A stretch of 63,817 nucleotides of DNA, counting the filler, from Octopus bimaculoides (Eukaryota), in the NCBI RefSeq assembly GCF_001194135.2. It is 8 parts of 7 records of this genome, joined end to end, with 100 filler letters (N's around TTAATTAATTAA, not from the genome) between each part and the next. Parts side by side here need not be neighbours in the genome. Positions count along the whole stretch, not along the records: positions 1 to 6,405 come from NC_068997.1; positions 6,506 to 17,941 come from NC_068989.1; 6 more parts are not named here. One strand, given 5' to 3'. The translations under genes were made by a program, and so were the position numbers. Position 1 is the first letter of the stretch; each line of letters starts with the position of its first letter. This document shows, piece by piece, positions 1-14,092 of this stretch. The notes below the pieces were generated by a model. That model had not been told where the DNA came from, ran no database searches, and saw only the letters and a program-made list of their open reading frames with translations.

Positions 1-335
1 CTCTGTAACTTTCATAACCTGATCTAACAGCTTGATGCCTCTGTAATTATTTGTATCTAAAGCGTCACCTTTACCTTTGTAGCAGTTGACTATGATGCTG
101 CTACACCAGTCATTGGGTATGACTCCTTCGTGTATCACCTGGTTCGTAATACGGGTGACTAGGCTATAGCCAACACTGCCAGATATTTTGAGCATCTCTG
201 CAGTGATTCCTGATGGGCCGGGGGCTTTCCCAGTCTTCATACTCTTAATTGCTTTATCTACCCTGGTACTATCAACTCGGATAGCTGGTCCCTCTATTGG
301 GTCGACATACGGCAGGCTCTCTTTCTCCCATTCAT
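1..335 (-). mobile_element. RTE-clade LINE reverse transcriptase fragment (runs off window edge)
   Basis: Minus-strand translation ...KAIKSMKTGKAPGPSGITAEMLK...IPNDWCSSIIVNCYKGKGDALDTNNYRGIKLLDQVMKVTE matches non-LTR RT motifs (KAPG, W..S.I..YK.KGD, NYRGI.LL). Confidence 0.85.
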
Positions 336-403
336 TCTCTTTATTATATACATTACATATATATGTTTGGTTATATCTGTTTATATGTCTATGTATATAG
401 ATT

Positions 404-441
<38 letters not shown>

Positions 442-1211
442 AAGCAAATAAGTGACAAGGATGTCTATTAGAGCTGTACGGATAGTACTGGACTAACTTG
501 GTGCCTCAACTTAAGTATCTAATTAAACTGAATCTTAATTATTTATATATATATACACACATATATACATATATATATATACATATATATTCATATATAT
601 GTATGTGTGTATATACTCATATACATGTATATACATACGAACACACATACATGCATGCATGCATACATACATACATACATGAATTATAACTAAGTTATTT
701 TACTAAATTCTTTGTAACGAAAGGGTTAAACTTGTTTGTCTAACACCCAAACAGTTCTACTACCCTACAAAAAAACTTAATAAGAACATTACATAAGCTT
801 TAGTCCTTTTACTTTACAATAATGATTCTGTTCATACCACTTTCTCTTCCCTCTCCTCACCCCACTCTACTTTGGCAAATATGCTGACCAACGATGATTG
901 TGACGAGATAATGATAATAATGATAATAAACAAGGATGATGATAAAATTACACATATCATGTATATAAAATTGCTAAGTGTCAGAAAGTGATACCATAGA
1001 GTTGATAGTAAGCAACCCAAACTGCTTCGTCTGTTTAAGCCGTGGAGGAAAGTTCATTTCAGCCTGTATGTCTATTTTATTTTAGTTTCCTTTACAGTTT
1101 CAGCTCTTTGCTTGCCTCTTGGGAAGATACACTGTATGTATTGTTTTTACTGTCAATCTGTATTTCTACCACTCTCTGTTTTGCAATTTCTCATTTACAA
1201 GTACATACACA

Positions 1212-1352
1212 GATATGATTATGTGGTTAGTAAGTGGTTTGGGTTCAGTCCCACTGCGTGGAACCTTGGGCTCAAGTGTCTTCTACTATATATACAGGGT
1301 AACTAAACGCATGTGAGGGGATTTTGTAGATGGAAACTGAAAGAAGCCTGTT
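1212..1352 (+). repeat. tRNA-derived SINE family A, degenerate 5' part
   Basis: gggttcagtcccactgcgtggaaccttgggctcaagtgtcttctactata...ggaaactgaaagaagcc matches the fuller copy at 53086-53478. Confidence 0.75.
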
Positions 1353-1377
1353 TTATATCTATCTTTCTATCTATCTA

Positions 1378-1411
<34 letters not shown>

Positions 1412-1659
1412 AATATATANNNNNNNNNNNNNNNNNNNNNNNNNNNNNNNNNNNNNNNNNNNNNNNNNNNNNNNNNNNNNNNNNNNNNNNNNNNNNNNNN
1501 NNNNNNNNNNNNNNNNNNNNNNNNNNNNNNNNNNNNNNNNNNATTTAATCAAAAGATTAAATGTGGTACTTAAAATGTTTGAGGCACCAGAATTTGGTAG
1601 GGTAAAAAAACCAAAAACAAAATCAAGAGATTTGGTGAATAAAATTTGAAGATTTTGTG

Positions 1660-2403
1660 AAAGAGGCTCGAATGATTATTATTTTCTGTGAAAAAATTTC
1701 ATAGATTTTTACACGGTAGAAGTTTTTGACTACTGACTGATCATCAGCCATTATTATATAATATATGGGTCAAAGAAAGGAATCCTTACTCATACAGTTA
1801 ATAGGTTGCAATGCTGAGGTATTATATTACTAAACTATGATTTTAAGATAGAATTTATACCATCTAAGAAATTAGGACATGCTGATTGTTTATCAAGACT
1901 GATTTTGAAAAATGCTGAACTGTTTGAGGATACCATGGTTGCTACTTTGCAAGTGGAAAATGAAATTAAAAATGTTTTGTGTAATATCATGCGTGAACTA
2001 CCAGTTACATTACAAGGCATAAAATTAAAAGCAAAAACATGATCAATTCATTAAAAAAAAGAAAAAAATGAAACAAATACTGAAGGCTAAAAAGAGATAA
2101 AAATGTGCTTTGCTGAATGCAACACAATTCAAACCTGTTCTTGATTTGTGACAATGTGTTGATGTATTCACAAAGAGTTGTAGTGCAAGCCACACTACAG
2201 AAGCAATTACTAAAGGAATTTCACATTGGTCACCCAGGGATTTCGAGATGAAATCGTTAATGAGAAGATATGTATATTGGCCAAGAATGGACTGTGACAT
2301 TGAAGAACTTGTGATAGCATGCAGACGTTGTGCCTTAGCAGCAAAATTACCTACTACAAAATGGCAACCGTGACCAAAAACATATCCCATGGTTCAGACT
2401 TCA
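1660..2403 (+). mobile_element. Ty3/Gypsy pol remnant (RNase H to integrase zinc finger), frameshifted
   Basis: Translation across stops and frameshifts gives KKFHRFLHGRSF.LLTDHQPLL, LLNYDFKIEFIPSKKLGHADCLSRL and HIGHPGISR..MKSLMRRYVYWPRMDCDIEELVIACRRC (integrase H2C2 motif). Confidence 0.85.
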
Positions 2404-3244
2404 CAATATTTGGTCTTTACTCATGTTCAAGGATTCTAGTTTTCTTTGGATAAAACCATGCAAGCCTAGTTCCTTGCCAATCATCACCAGTGCACCGTCA
2501 TTAGCAATTCCCACCTGGTGATTGTAAGTCAGTCCCACCTTTTCGAGCACAGTATCAATTTCTTTGAAACCAACAGCACCTGTGCAATTCCCTTTCATAG
2601 GGCATGGAGCAAGTAACTCTTCAGTGATATTAAAACTCGAATCAACACCTCTCACAAAAATCGCCATTTGTGGCGTATTAGTAATGTCAGTAGATTCGTT
2701 GATGGCAATGCTGTAATCTTCGAAGTTTTTATAAAGTTCATTCAACTGCATTTTCACATTTTCAGCCAGTTCTTCAATCCTTCTGGTCATAGTATTATGC
2801 AACAAGCTAGCACATTTTATAGCTCTCTTTTTCTCAGGGCATAGAATTTCAATCACCAAGGTGATACATTCTTTGACAAAATCTCCTTCAGAAAAAAATT
2901 TCATGTTATGTGCAATCTTTTCAGCAATGATGAAACTTACTTTGGCATATTTTCTTGATTCATCATCTATTTTCCGAAAAATATTCTTTTTCGAGACTAA
3001 ATTCCTTTGAAGTAAAAGCACTTTCTTCTTGTATTGATCTCCTTCATAATGATTATGGGTCGAAGTGTGCTTTAATGTGTAATGCCATTTCACATTCTCA
3101 ACTTTTGGAACTGCAGCTGTTTTACCACAAATCAGGCAGAGACATTTTGTATTTGATTCCACAAAGAAATACAAATTTGTCTATGCCTCGTTACACCTGT
3201 GATTCTCCTTGTCTACCTTTCTGATTTTTTATAGCCGACGCCAT
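2401..3244 (-). mobile_element. hAT (SPIN/Charlie, GTF2IRD2-like) transposase, N-terminal half, pseudogenised
   Basis: 257-aa ORF with BED-type CLICG..HY..KH zinc finger, FSEGDFVKEC, TMTRRIEEL and SIAINESTDITNTPQMAIFVRGV (catalytic DES changed to NES). Upstream KIRKVDKEN segment is separated by a stop; the 3' half is missing. Confidence 0.9.
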
Positions 3245-4442
3245 GGATAACAAAATTTGAAATTTATTGTGAAAAGAAACTAATTTACTCATTGGTATCA
3301 GAAGGCTTCTGTATCAAAGGTTGTGCTGGAGTAAATTTAAAATTGAATCACCTCAAATGCCAGCTTTATTGATGCAAAAAAGTCACATGATATTATTCCT
3401 AAGAAATGACACCCTCAACCACAACAGATTATTGTGGTGCACATGTCTTCGACCTGCTGAGGTGAGCATTCTGAAGACATAACAGATTCCATGATAAAAT
3501 AAGTTTGGGAATCAATTGTGTAGAGTCTTGTCTGTTAGTTCGGTTGTCGTTAATTAAATAAAAATAATCAAATTAAGATAATGACAAAGAGCTGAGGATG
3601 TTTTATCTTTGTCTGCTTTGTTGTAAATAGTTCTTTTGTTTCTCTTCTACCAGGTTTCTTAATACCAGGACCCTACTTTTGCCACTTTATTCCTTACTCC
3701 TACCTATTCAGCGCAGTGGACGTACTTTCACCTCAGTTATGGGACAAGCTATGACAATTATCCCAAAAGAAGATGCATTGCCAGGTCAAATTTTACGACA
3801 TTTTTTTTTTCAAAACAATAACACTTCTCATTCTAACCCTTCAACTTCAAATAAGGGAGCCTTTACAGGGTTTCATTCAAATCATTATCTATCATCTAAA
3901 ATACAAGAGTTATTGTATGATAACTCCTCTGTATGATAAATTATATTGTATAAAAGATACAAAGAGTTTTTGTCAGGGTGACTCAAACAAATAGGTATGC
4001 ACTCTGAATGCTCAACTTGGTATATCACTAAAATTCTGGTTTGAACTGCACTTGAACATGTGATTTTGTGACTGCCTTTCTAAAGTGGCTAGAAGTGGCT
4101 TCCCCTTGAGCCACTAAGTAAGTATTAAAGTAGAAAGGAAAAGGCAAACAATTCGACAGTCTTTACCAAACTGTTTGCCTTTTCTTTTCTGTTTTAAATT
4201 ACATTGCATGAAGTGGCATAAATTTGGATTCAGGCTGTAACATTAAAAAGAGCTTCATATTGTTGAAATAATTTCAGAAAACAAGTTATTTATATTTTGA
4301 GTTTTTCATTACAATTATTTTGAGGATCTTAACAGAACTAACCATCTTATCAAATGAAAATATCAAGATGTAAAAAACACAGATTGAAAATATTGCTCTT
4401 ACATGTGGGTGGGCTGGGACTTTCATTAGCTGAATTATACTC

Positions 4443-4581
4443 AGACAAAGTACAAATAATGACCAAAAGTCATAGATATTATCATTTTGGACAGTGTGTA
4501 TCCAGATATACAAAACGATGAGTATGAACTGGAGATAGTTGAAAATCCTTTAATCGTAGGGCTATTCATTGTGGGTTCATC
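4443..4581 (-). CDS. Candidate terminal coding exon (S/T-rich spacer plus hydrophobic tail); possibly the last VWDE-like exon
   Basis: Acceptor tgttgtttagcttcag| precedes phase-1 frame (D/Y)EPTMNSPTIKGFSTISSSYSSFCISGYTLSKMIISMTFGHYLYFV*. No homology recognised; link to the gene is by phase compatibility only. Confidence 0.3.
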
Positions 4582-5510
4582 TGAAGCTAAACAACATACA
4601 GGTGGGTGGGGGTGGCGGCAAAAACAAAAACATAATTTTGTCACATCTAAAAACATGACTGTAAAAAGTGCGACAACTGCCAGATATCATAATTTATTGC
4701 ATGCAATAATGTTTATATGTAAATGAATCCTTAGTGGATTGATTGTCCAAGATTTCAGGTTTTTGTCGTTTTCTGTCCAAAACATATTGCATTTGAAGCA
4801 TCAAGGATTATGAGCTACAGGCATTATAGGATTAAGATTAAGATTAATCGTTTTCTTGTTATTACTTTTGTATTAAGAGATTAAAAATTATTTATCTCTA
4901 CACTACATTCTGTTTGTTTGATCTTCAGTTGTCATAAAGTTTTTAGACTGGGATTGAATCAGGATAGATGTACTGTGTGTGTGTGTGTGAAAAAGAGAGA
5001 GAGAGAGAGAGAGAGATAGAGAAGGAGAAAGAGAGAGAGAGAGAATGTAATGTAAGCGACCACAGAGAATGAGGCAGTGGGGAAGGGAAGACTATGAATT
5101 AAATTGAATTAATAGGGGAGAGGGAGACATGGAGAGAAGAGCTAGATTGTTTTTTTCTTTCTTGGTCCATATTGATAAATGTCCCATGTAGATTTACATA
5201 CATATATGTATATAATGAGTGTGTGTGTTTATAAGTAAATATGAAAGTGATAGAACTATCAAAATACCATCACTAGCGGCAGCGAATATCAGCCGTACTG
5301 GAAAAATTAATATATATATATATATATATACAAGGGTATTGTGTGAGTACCTGTCTCACTAAAAATAGAAGTCAAAAATACTTCTGTGTCATGGAAAAGT
5401 CATAAAATTAATACAAGCATGATAGAAAAATTCCAGTGAACAATAAAATCGTCTTGCCTCTACTAGGTCAGCAAAAGTAATGCTGGTTAGTTTGATATCT
5501 CTGCCTTTTA

Positions 5511-5812
5511 TAAAGGTCACGATACATGTATTAAAGCGCTACTAATAGTTTCATATGTTGAGAAAACTCAAACATATTCTTCAGATGCAAACTACATATA
5601 ACAAACTAAAAAAATTGAATTATAGAAGAGATGTGAAAAAACTGAGGAGGCAGCATATAAAAAATGCAGACACTTTTTTCATGTTTCTTCTATAACTCAA
5701 TTTTTTTTTTAGTTTGTTATGGTATGTGGTTTGCACCTGAAAAATATGTTTGAGTTTTCTCAACATATAAAACTATTAGTAGCGCATTAATACATGTATT
5801 GTGACCTTTAAA
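5511..5812. mobile_element. Foldback MITE with about 130-bp terminal inverted repeats (Kolobok-like ends)
   Basis: taaaggtcacgatacatgtattaaagcgctactaatagttt...tatagaaga is mirrored by tcttctata...aaactattagtagcgcattaatacatgtattgtgaccttta; ends are (a)TAAAGG...CCTTTAA. Confidence 0.75.
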
Positions 5813-5907
5813 TAATAATATTTATCTCTCACTAAATGGAGTACTTTTTTTGTTGAATTTTCTACCAGGGATCAGTGCATTATATATATATATATATATA
5901 CTCATAG

Positions 5908-5945
<38 letters not shown>

Positions 5946-6505
5946 TGTTTATATCTCCTGACCTGCTTTTAACTCAATTTGAATATATATATATATTAAA
6001 TTACCTAGCATGGAAAGCGGATGTTAAATATATACACACATACACACATACACAAAAAAACAGACACATACACATATAGTAGAAAACATCATGAATACAC
6101 ACACACACGCAAACATACACACATGCACAAAAAAGAAAACATTGCATAAACACACACACACACACACACACATACAAAAGAAAACATCACAAAAGCACAC
6201 ACACAACTCTGTACACACACAACTCTGTACACACACACACACACAAACACACACATACACAAAAATGAAAGGATCACAAAAACAAACATACACACAGCTG
6301 GTGACCACACTCATACACACAGGTGGAGACACTCCAAAGATTACATCTAACCCAAACAAAAATTCTAATTCATTTTTCACAGCATACTGACCCAACAACT
6401 TACAGNNNNNNNNNNNNNNNNNNNNNNNNNNNNNNNNNNNNNNNNNNNNTTAATTAATTAANNNNNNNNNNNNNNNNNNNNNNNNNNNNNNNNNNNNNNN
6501 NNNNN

Positions 6506-6571
<66 letters not shown>

Positions 6572-6746
6572 AGGCTGTTTAAAAGTGTTAATTGAGGTAT
6601 CAGAAAGAACTTATCAACAAGATATTCTCTTACTAGTAATAATAATAATAAAAACAATAATTTAATAATAATAATTCAAAGAGGACGACAAATTGAATAG
6701 CTACACACATTATCAGACATTAACACCTATACAAACATATACACAG

Positions 6747-6778
<32 letters not shown>

Positions 6779-7143
6779 ACACATTAGACAGCCGTTTCTC
6801 CTCATCCCGATCTCACAAATCATAAAAAATATCCCCCCAAAACATAACAAACATACAAAAAAAAAATGCTGTATAAATACATAGAAATCTGTAAAAGGAA
6901 AGAGGGTGAAATGCGGGTGGGCATTTTTGTTTTGCTTGGTGCCAGCGGCAGGGGTCACGTTCTGCAAACAGAGCCTTCCTCATAGAATGTCTACATTAAA
7001 TATATGTTAATTGTAGTTCTACAGCAATTAGGGAGAGCGAAGTACGAAGGGAGACAACTGCAGTAGGAGACAACATGGCTTTCTCTCTTCGCCAGTTTGC
7101 TTTTTGTAACGTTCTCGCTCTTTTCTTTCTTTCCTTCCTTCCT

Positions 7144-7174
<31 letters not shown>

Positions 7175-8091
7175 ACTATCGACTCCGATGCTAAGAGCGA
7201 ATGAAGTGAAGAAACAAGAGGAAGGAGGAATGAAAACAACTGACAATGACTGAAATATTGGTGATGATGATGATGGTGATGATGATGACGGTTGTGTTAA
7301 TGATGACGACGACGATGACTGTGTTGATTGCAGATGTTCATGGTGGTCGTATTAGTGATAATGATGATGATGATGGTGGTGGTGATGGTTATGATGTTAA
7401 TGGTGGCGGTGGCGGTGGTGTTGTGGCGCCAAACAGTTCCATCAGTTTCTAGAGTATCGCTTTCGCTTTATTGCAGACAAAAAGGATTAACAGAATCGGT
7501 GGAATTACTCAGAAGACTATTTAGTTGTGTGAGAAAATGTTTAGGGCTCACTTCCAGCTAGGACCGACATCGTCTTTTATCCCTCCGGGGGCCAATGAGA
7601 TCTGTGTCTGTGAAACACTGATGTAGGTTTAATCGATTATCTGCAGCCAGTCCCTCGATTAGGAACCAATCTTGTCTTCGATGGAAAGAACAGACATATT
7701 ACCTTATTGTCTTGAAAAAACGGTGACATTGGACCATGTGGTCCCAGGTTGACGATGAAAGACTGGTTGGTTAGTGTTGGTATGTCTTTGATCATTGGTC
7801 TTCTCAGACTGGGCTGGCCTAGGGTTAAATATCAACAACAGCATCAGTAGCAACAACAACATTGCTTTGTTATGGTGCAGGACAAGTTCCGCCATTTTAA
7901 GCCTTTCTTCGTCCTCGCCTTATTATTATATAATTTGTATATTTTTACATTTTCATATATTTTTATAAATTGATATATTATTGAATCACATATTCTTTAT
8001 TAAAAACATATTTACCAGGTAACAAAAAGTCTTTCACCTTCTTTTAACATTCATCAAGTTTGTTCATTGACTCTCTGTCCATCGTCGTTCC

Positions 8092-8282
8092 AGTTAAACC
8101 GGGGTTGGTGTGTTTGCGTTCCTGTAACATCGCGGTTCGGTAAAAAGTGATCGAAAGAATAAGTACGAAGCTTTAAAAAAATAAAAGCTGGGGTCGATCC
8201 GCTCGACTAAAATCCTTCTAGACACTGCCCCAGCATGGCCGCAGTCTAATGACTGAAACGAGCAAACGATAAAAGATAAAAA
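8092..8282 (+). repeat. SINE family A, 3' half
   Basis: ggtgtgtttgcgttcctgtaac...ggggtcgatccgctcgactaa...cagcatggccgcagtctaatgactgaaac matches 53320-53470. Confidence 0.75.
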
Positions 8283-9270
8283 GTGAACGTCATTGCAATT
8301 AGGAGTCTCCAGCATGGCCGCGTTGATACATTTACGTTTAAAGGTGTGTGTGTGTGTGTGTGAATAGTAGAATTGTTGCGGTACCGGACTTGATTACTCG
8401 AGCTGTTTCATTTCGTCCCTTTACATACATTATGAAAATCCTTTCCCGATCCACTCTGGTTTTCATCCTTCTAAAGTCAGTTTAAGAAAAGATATATTTA
8501 ATTAAGAGCCGGTGCCCCAGCATAGCCAGACATTTTAATAAGCAGGATAATAAAATCGATTGCAGTGATCTTGAAGAGATTACCTGAATGAAAAGACACG
8601 AGTCGCCTGTTGTCTGATTTGAACTCAGGTCCACGATGTTTCGAATTGCTGACCTTTGCCGTCTGCACCAACTTCCCTGGCAGCTGTACTAAAGTGTGAA
8701 TGGCGCACAAAAAGCTCTACAGCTTTGGCTAAGAGGGAACATTCTTACGCTTAGTCTTATGTTCTTTCTCCTTTACTTACATCGATTACTGCCGTAATCT
8801 AATGATTTGTTAATCAAGAGCCCTTAATACGTACACCTTCACCCTACACACTTAGACACACACACACATACACAGGCATATATACACATACACATGTATA
8901 TATATATAGGAGTGCGCGTGTTGCGTTTGTATCCGGCATCTGGTTAAGTGGTCATTATCGATAAAGAGTAACCCACCACCCTCATATACCCGTATATCGC
9001 CCACCCCAGTCAAATGTTCTTAATTATCATCATTATCTTTTGTTGATTGGCGCCCAATAAATGCAATAAAAAAACAATAGCTTCTACATATTTATACACA
9101 ACAATTTATACATATTTGTTATACATACATAGCGTAATATAACGGGAGAAAAATATACAAATATGTTACAAGTTGCAAGCAATGTTTTATGTAGTACTCA
9201 ATACTTTAGGTAGAGCGAAAATGAATGGCTACTCAAAGAATGAAAGGCTATTCTGGGTTGTAATATATAC

Positions 9271-9655
9271 GTGTATACATACACTAGCTGCCCAGCGGAT
9301 GTTAACATAAAGCTGAAGATCAGTGAAAAAGAGAATACCTACGATGAACTATTGAGAAATCTGCAGTTACTCTATCAGATTACAAGTTCATTCCTGTTTA
9401 TACCTGTAATTATTGGGGCCCTGGGATATGTAGCACACTGCCTAAATACCAATCTTGAGAAATTAGGCTTCTCAAATTCAGAAAGGAGAAAGCTAATTCG
9501 AAGACTACAGATCCAATCCATCACTGGAACTGTAAAAATCTGTAAAACTTTCCTGAAGTTTATCATTTAAATATGTATGGGCATGTCTAGATATGTAGCT
9601 ATATGCATGAGAATACATACATGAAACATACAAATCTGTACATGCATACATGTCA
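9271..9655 (+). mobile_element. R4/Dong-like non-LTR element 3' end (RLE domain C-terminus), copy 1
   Basis: SCPADVNIKLKISEKENTYDELLRNLQLLY...IPVIIGALGYV...LQIQSITGTVKICKTFLKF is the typical end of RLE-clade ORFs. Confidence 0.8.
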
Positions 9656-9659
9656 TCAC

Positions 9660-10245
9660 GGTATTATCTACCGATGAGACATTCTGTTGTAGCTACAGCA
9701 CTGTTGCTAGGCCAAAGAAATAAGAACCTATAGTATGGTAGAAGCCATAGCCACTAACAATAAAAGGGAGTACTGGTGGAATGTTCTTGCGAAAACCTCA
9801 ATAAAATGTAAGCATAATAGACCTGACATAGTAATTTGGGATAGAGAAGAGAAACTGCGTAAAGTTGTGATAATCAGCAGACGTTATAAAGCTGAAGATC
9901 AGCGATAAAAAAATAAATACCTACGCTGAGCTATTGAGGAATCTACAGCTATTCTATCTAGATTACAAGATCAGGTTTATACTTGTAATTATTGGGGCCC
10001 TGGGATATATAACACACTGCCTAAATACCAATCTTGAGAAATTAGGCTTCTCAAAACCAGAAATTCGAAGACTACAGATCCAATCCATCGCTGGAACTGC
10101 AAAAATCAGTAAATCTTTCCAGAAGATTATCATTTAAGTATATATGAGCATGTCTAAATATGCAACTATATGCATGAGAATACATAAAACATACAAATCT
10201 GCACATGCATACATACATACATACATACATACATACATACATACA
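9660..10245 (+). mobile_element. R4/Dong-like non-LTR element 3' end with RLE nuclease motif, copy 2, (ACAT)n tail
   Basis: YWWNVLAKTSIKCKHNRPDIVIWDREEK (RPD nuclease motif) then a near-copy of 9300-9650, ending in an (ACAT)n run. Confidence 0.8.
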
Positions 10246-10518
10246 TGCGTATATACAAACAAAAATACACTGTTGTTGATGTTGAAATTCCAATAAGGAG
10301 CCTTGAACCTAGGTTAGAAACCGGTTCTTTCTCGATTGGCAAGAAATCTTGAAATGAAACTGAATAACGACATACATAGAAACATAGAAACAGAGGCACG
10401 ACGGCTTGGTTATTGACAAGGCGAGGTTCTCCAGCAGGTTACGAACCGACGACCCTTAGCTAGTGGTTAGATGTCTCAGCCGCTTCCTCTTTTTCCTTCC
10501 CTCTCGCGCTGTCTTTCT

Positions 10519-10553
<35 letters not shown>

Positions 10554-10948
10554 NNNNNNNNNNNNNNNNNNNNNNNNNNNNNNNNNNNNNNNNNNNNNNN
10601 NNNNNNNNNNNNNNNNNNNNNNNNNNNNNNNNNNNNNNNNNNNNNNNNNNNNNNNNNNNNNNNNNNNNNNNNNNNNNNNNNNNNNNNNNNNNNNNNNNNN
10701 NNNNNNNNNNNNNNNNNNNNNNNNNNNNNNNNNNNNNNNNNNNNNNNNNNNNNNNNNNNNNNNNNNNNNNNNNNNNNNNNNNNNNNNNNNNNNNNNNNNN
10801 NNNNNNNNNNNNNNNNNNNNNNNNNNNNNNNNNNNNNNNNNNNNNNNNNNNNNNNNNNNNNNNNNNNNNNNNNNNNNNNNNNNNNNNNNNNNNNNNNNNN
10901 NNNNNNNNNNNNNNNNNNNNNNNNNNNNNNNNNNNNNNNNNNNNNNNN

Positions 10949-11009
<61 letters not shown>

Positions 11010-11100
11010 TCTCTCTCTCTCTCACACTCTCTCTCTCTGATCATCTAAAATAACAATAAACTTCTTACTCTCCCTCTTTTCTTTTTCCCATTAATATCTC

Positions 11101-11131
<31 letters not shown>

Positions 11132-11178
11132 GTCTGTCTGTCTATGTGTCTGTCTGTCTGCCTGCCTGTCTGTCTGTC

Positions 11179-11211
<33 letters not shown>

Positions 11212-11799
11212 TCCTCTCTCTCAATCTGTCTGTCTGTCTGTCTGTCTACCTGTTTGTTAAAATTTCTCTTTATTTCATTGTCTCTCCAGCTCATTGTGTA
11301 TGTATGTATGTATGTATGTATGGATAGATGGATGGATGCATGTATGTATGTATATATGTATGTATGTGTATGTGTGTGTGTGTGTGTGTGTGAGTGTGTG
11401 TGTGTGTGTGTAACTGTCTGTCTCTCTGTCTCTCTCTCTCTCTGTCTGTCTCTCTCTCTGCTTCTCTCTATTTCTCCATATTACGGCTTTGTATCTTCCC
11501 CGCCGCCAATCTATTCCTCCATTCTTCCACCTATACTGATATACCTGTGATGGCGTCCGCATGCATACACGCACTCCCGCACACCTCCTCCGCACACCCC
11601 TCCCACTATCAGCCAGTCTTTCTATCTCTTCTGCGCGGTGTCTGTAGGTAATAAAGTTAAGTGTTGAATGAAGTACGTGAGCGCAACTTTTTAAGTGGCC
11701 CAAAACAGTCGGAGCAGTTGATCTGTAGATTAACAGCAGCAATTGTCTATGGGTGGCGCGATCAGGTCAGTCATCAACATCATCGTCATCATAACCACT

Positions 11800-11830
<31 letters not shown>

Positions 11831-12381
11831 CCATACCACCACTACCGTCATCATCATCATCGTCGTCATTAAAGTCATCGTCACCATCAAAAGAAAAAAA
11901 ATTGTCTTGTATTTCTCATTACTTTACTAATTAATTAATGACTTATTGGAAAAATCATTTGAACCCTCCCCCTCTTCCCCTCGCTCCCCGTCCATGATAG
12001 TTCATGGTTTAATACCTTTTCAAAAACAATAATAATAATTGTTGTTGTTGTTGTTTGTTGTTTCATTCCATTCGATCTCGAAAATAGGTTATCAGTAATA
12101 CGCTGAGGGTCCTTAAGCTCTGTGTGTGTGTGTGTGTGGGGGGGTGTCTACATGTGTATGAATGTGTGTCTGCGTGCGTGTATGTGTGTGTGTGTGCGCG
12201 NNNNNNNNNNNNNNNNNNNNNNNNNNNNNNNNNNNNNNNNNNNNNNNNNNNNNNNNNNNNNNNGTGTGTGTGTGTGTGTTTGTGTTTGCGTTCCGTCCAA
12301 TCGCACACAATTGGTCGTGTGTCTCGTCAAAAGAAATCCATATTAGAGATTTTATTGTTTTCATTTTTATAATTAAGTGTG

Positions 12382-12427
<46 letters not shown>

Positions 12428-13074
12428 GCAGAGGCGTTGGGGTGTGGCGGTGTTGTGATGGAAGTTTGATGTAACACACCTGTCCATCAGGCAACACACG
12501 GCAACAGGTGAAGGTTTTTGGCGCCGACAAATTTAATGAGAAAAGAAACAAGATAAAAGCAAATAGAAAACAAAACAAAAAAGGACAAAAGCAAAGAGAA
12601 AAGTAAATGTCTCGATTTTTCTTTTTTTTTTCTTTTTTTTCTTTTTTTTTTGCGCCTATTTCGTTTTCGGTCGTCATCGGTGATTTCAAATACTTCCAAT
12701 AACAAAAGGTATTTGTTGATAATAAACAACAACTTTCCCCTCCCCTTTAACCCTTAGTCACACTTACGCCGCCACCGTCACCACCCTTAATCCGGCAATT
12801 AGAGTTTATAATTTTTATCTCGCCGAGATGGACTCAAAGACCGAAACGGAGTCACGAGTCAACGAGTGAGTCTTACGAGGTGGTTGATCAGCATGCTAGA
12901 AATAGCAGCAAAATGCTCCTTAAAATTACAGTCGATGTGTTTGGAAAGGGTGAGTGTGTTTATGTGGTCCTGGTTTTATTGCTCACAGACAAAAGACGGC
13001 GACAACAACAACAGCAGGAACAACAATGATGACGATAACGATGACTGCAATAACAACAAAAACAAGAACAAGAA

Positions 13075-14092
<1,018 letters not shown>

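Noticed and set aside
3653-3790. Plus-strand acceptor-like sites followed by short open frames
   Set aside because: Weak donor, no recognisable protein and no partner exons; cannot be supported.
6406-6504. TTAATTAATTAA flanked by N runs, also at about 17987, 32839, 55329, 57884, 60249 and 62469
   Set aside because: An identical 12-mer centred in N gaps is an assembly spacer, not a biological repeat or CRISPR-like array.
10456-11053. Long ORFs made of X, or of HT/CV/LS/RE/I runs (here and at 15817, 48499 and elsewhere)
   Set aside because: Artefacts of N gaps and di- or trinucleotide microsatellites.
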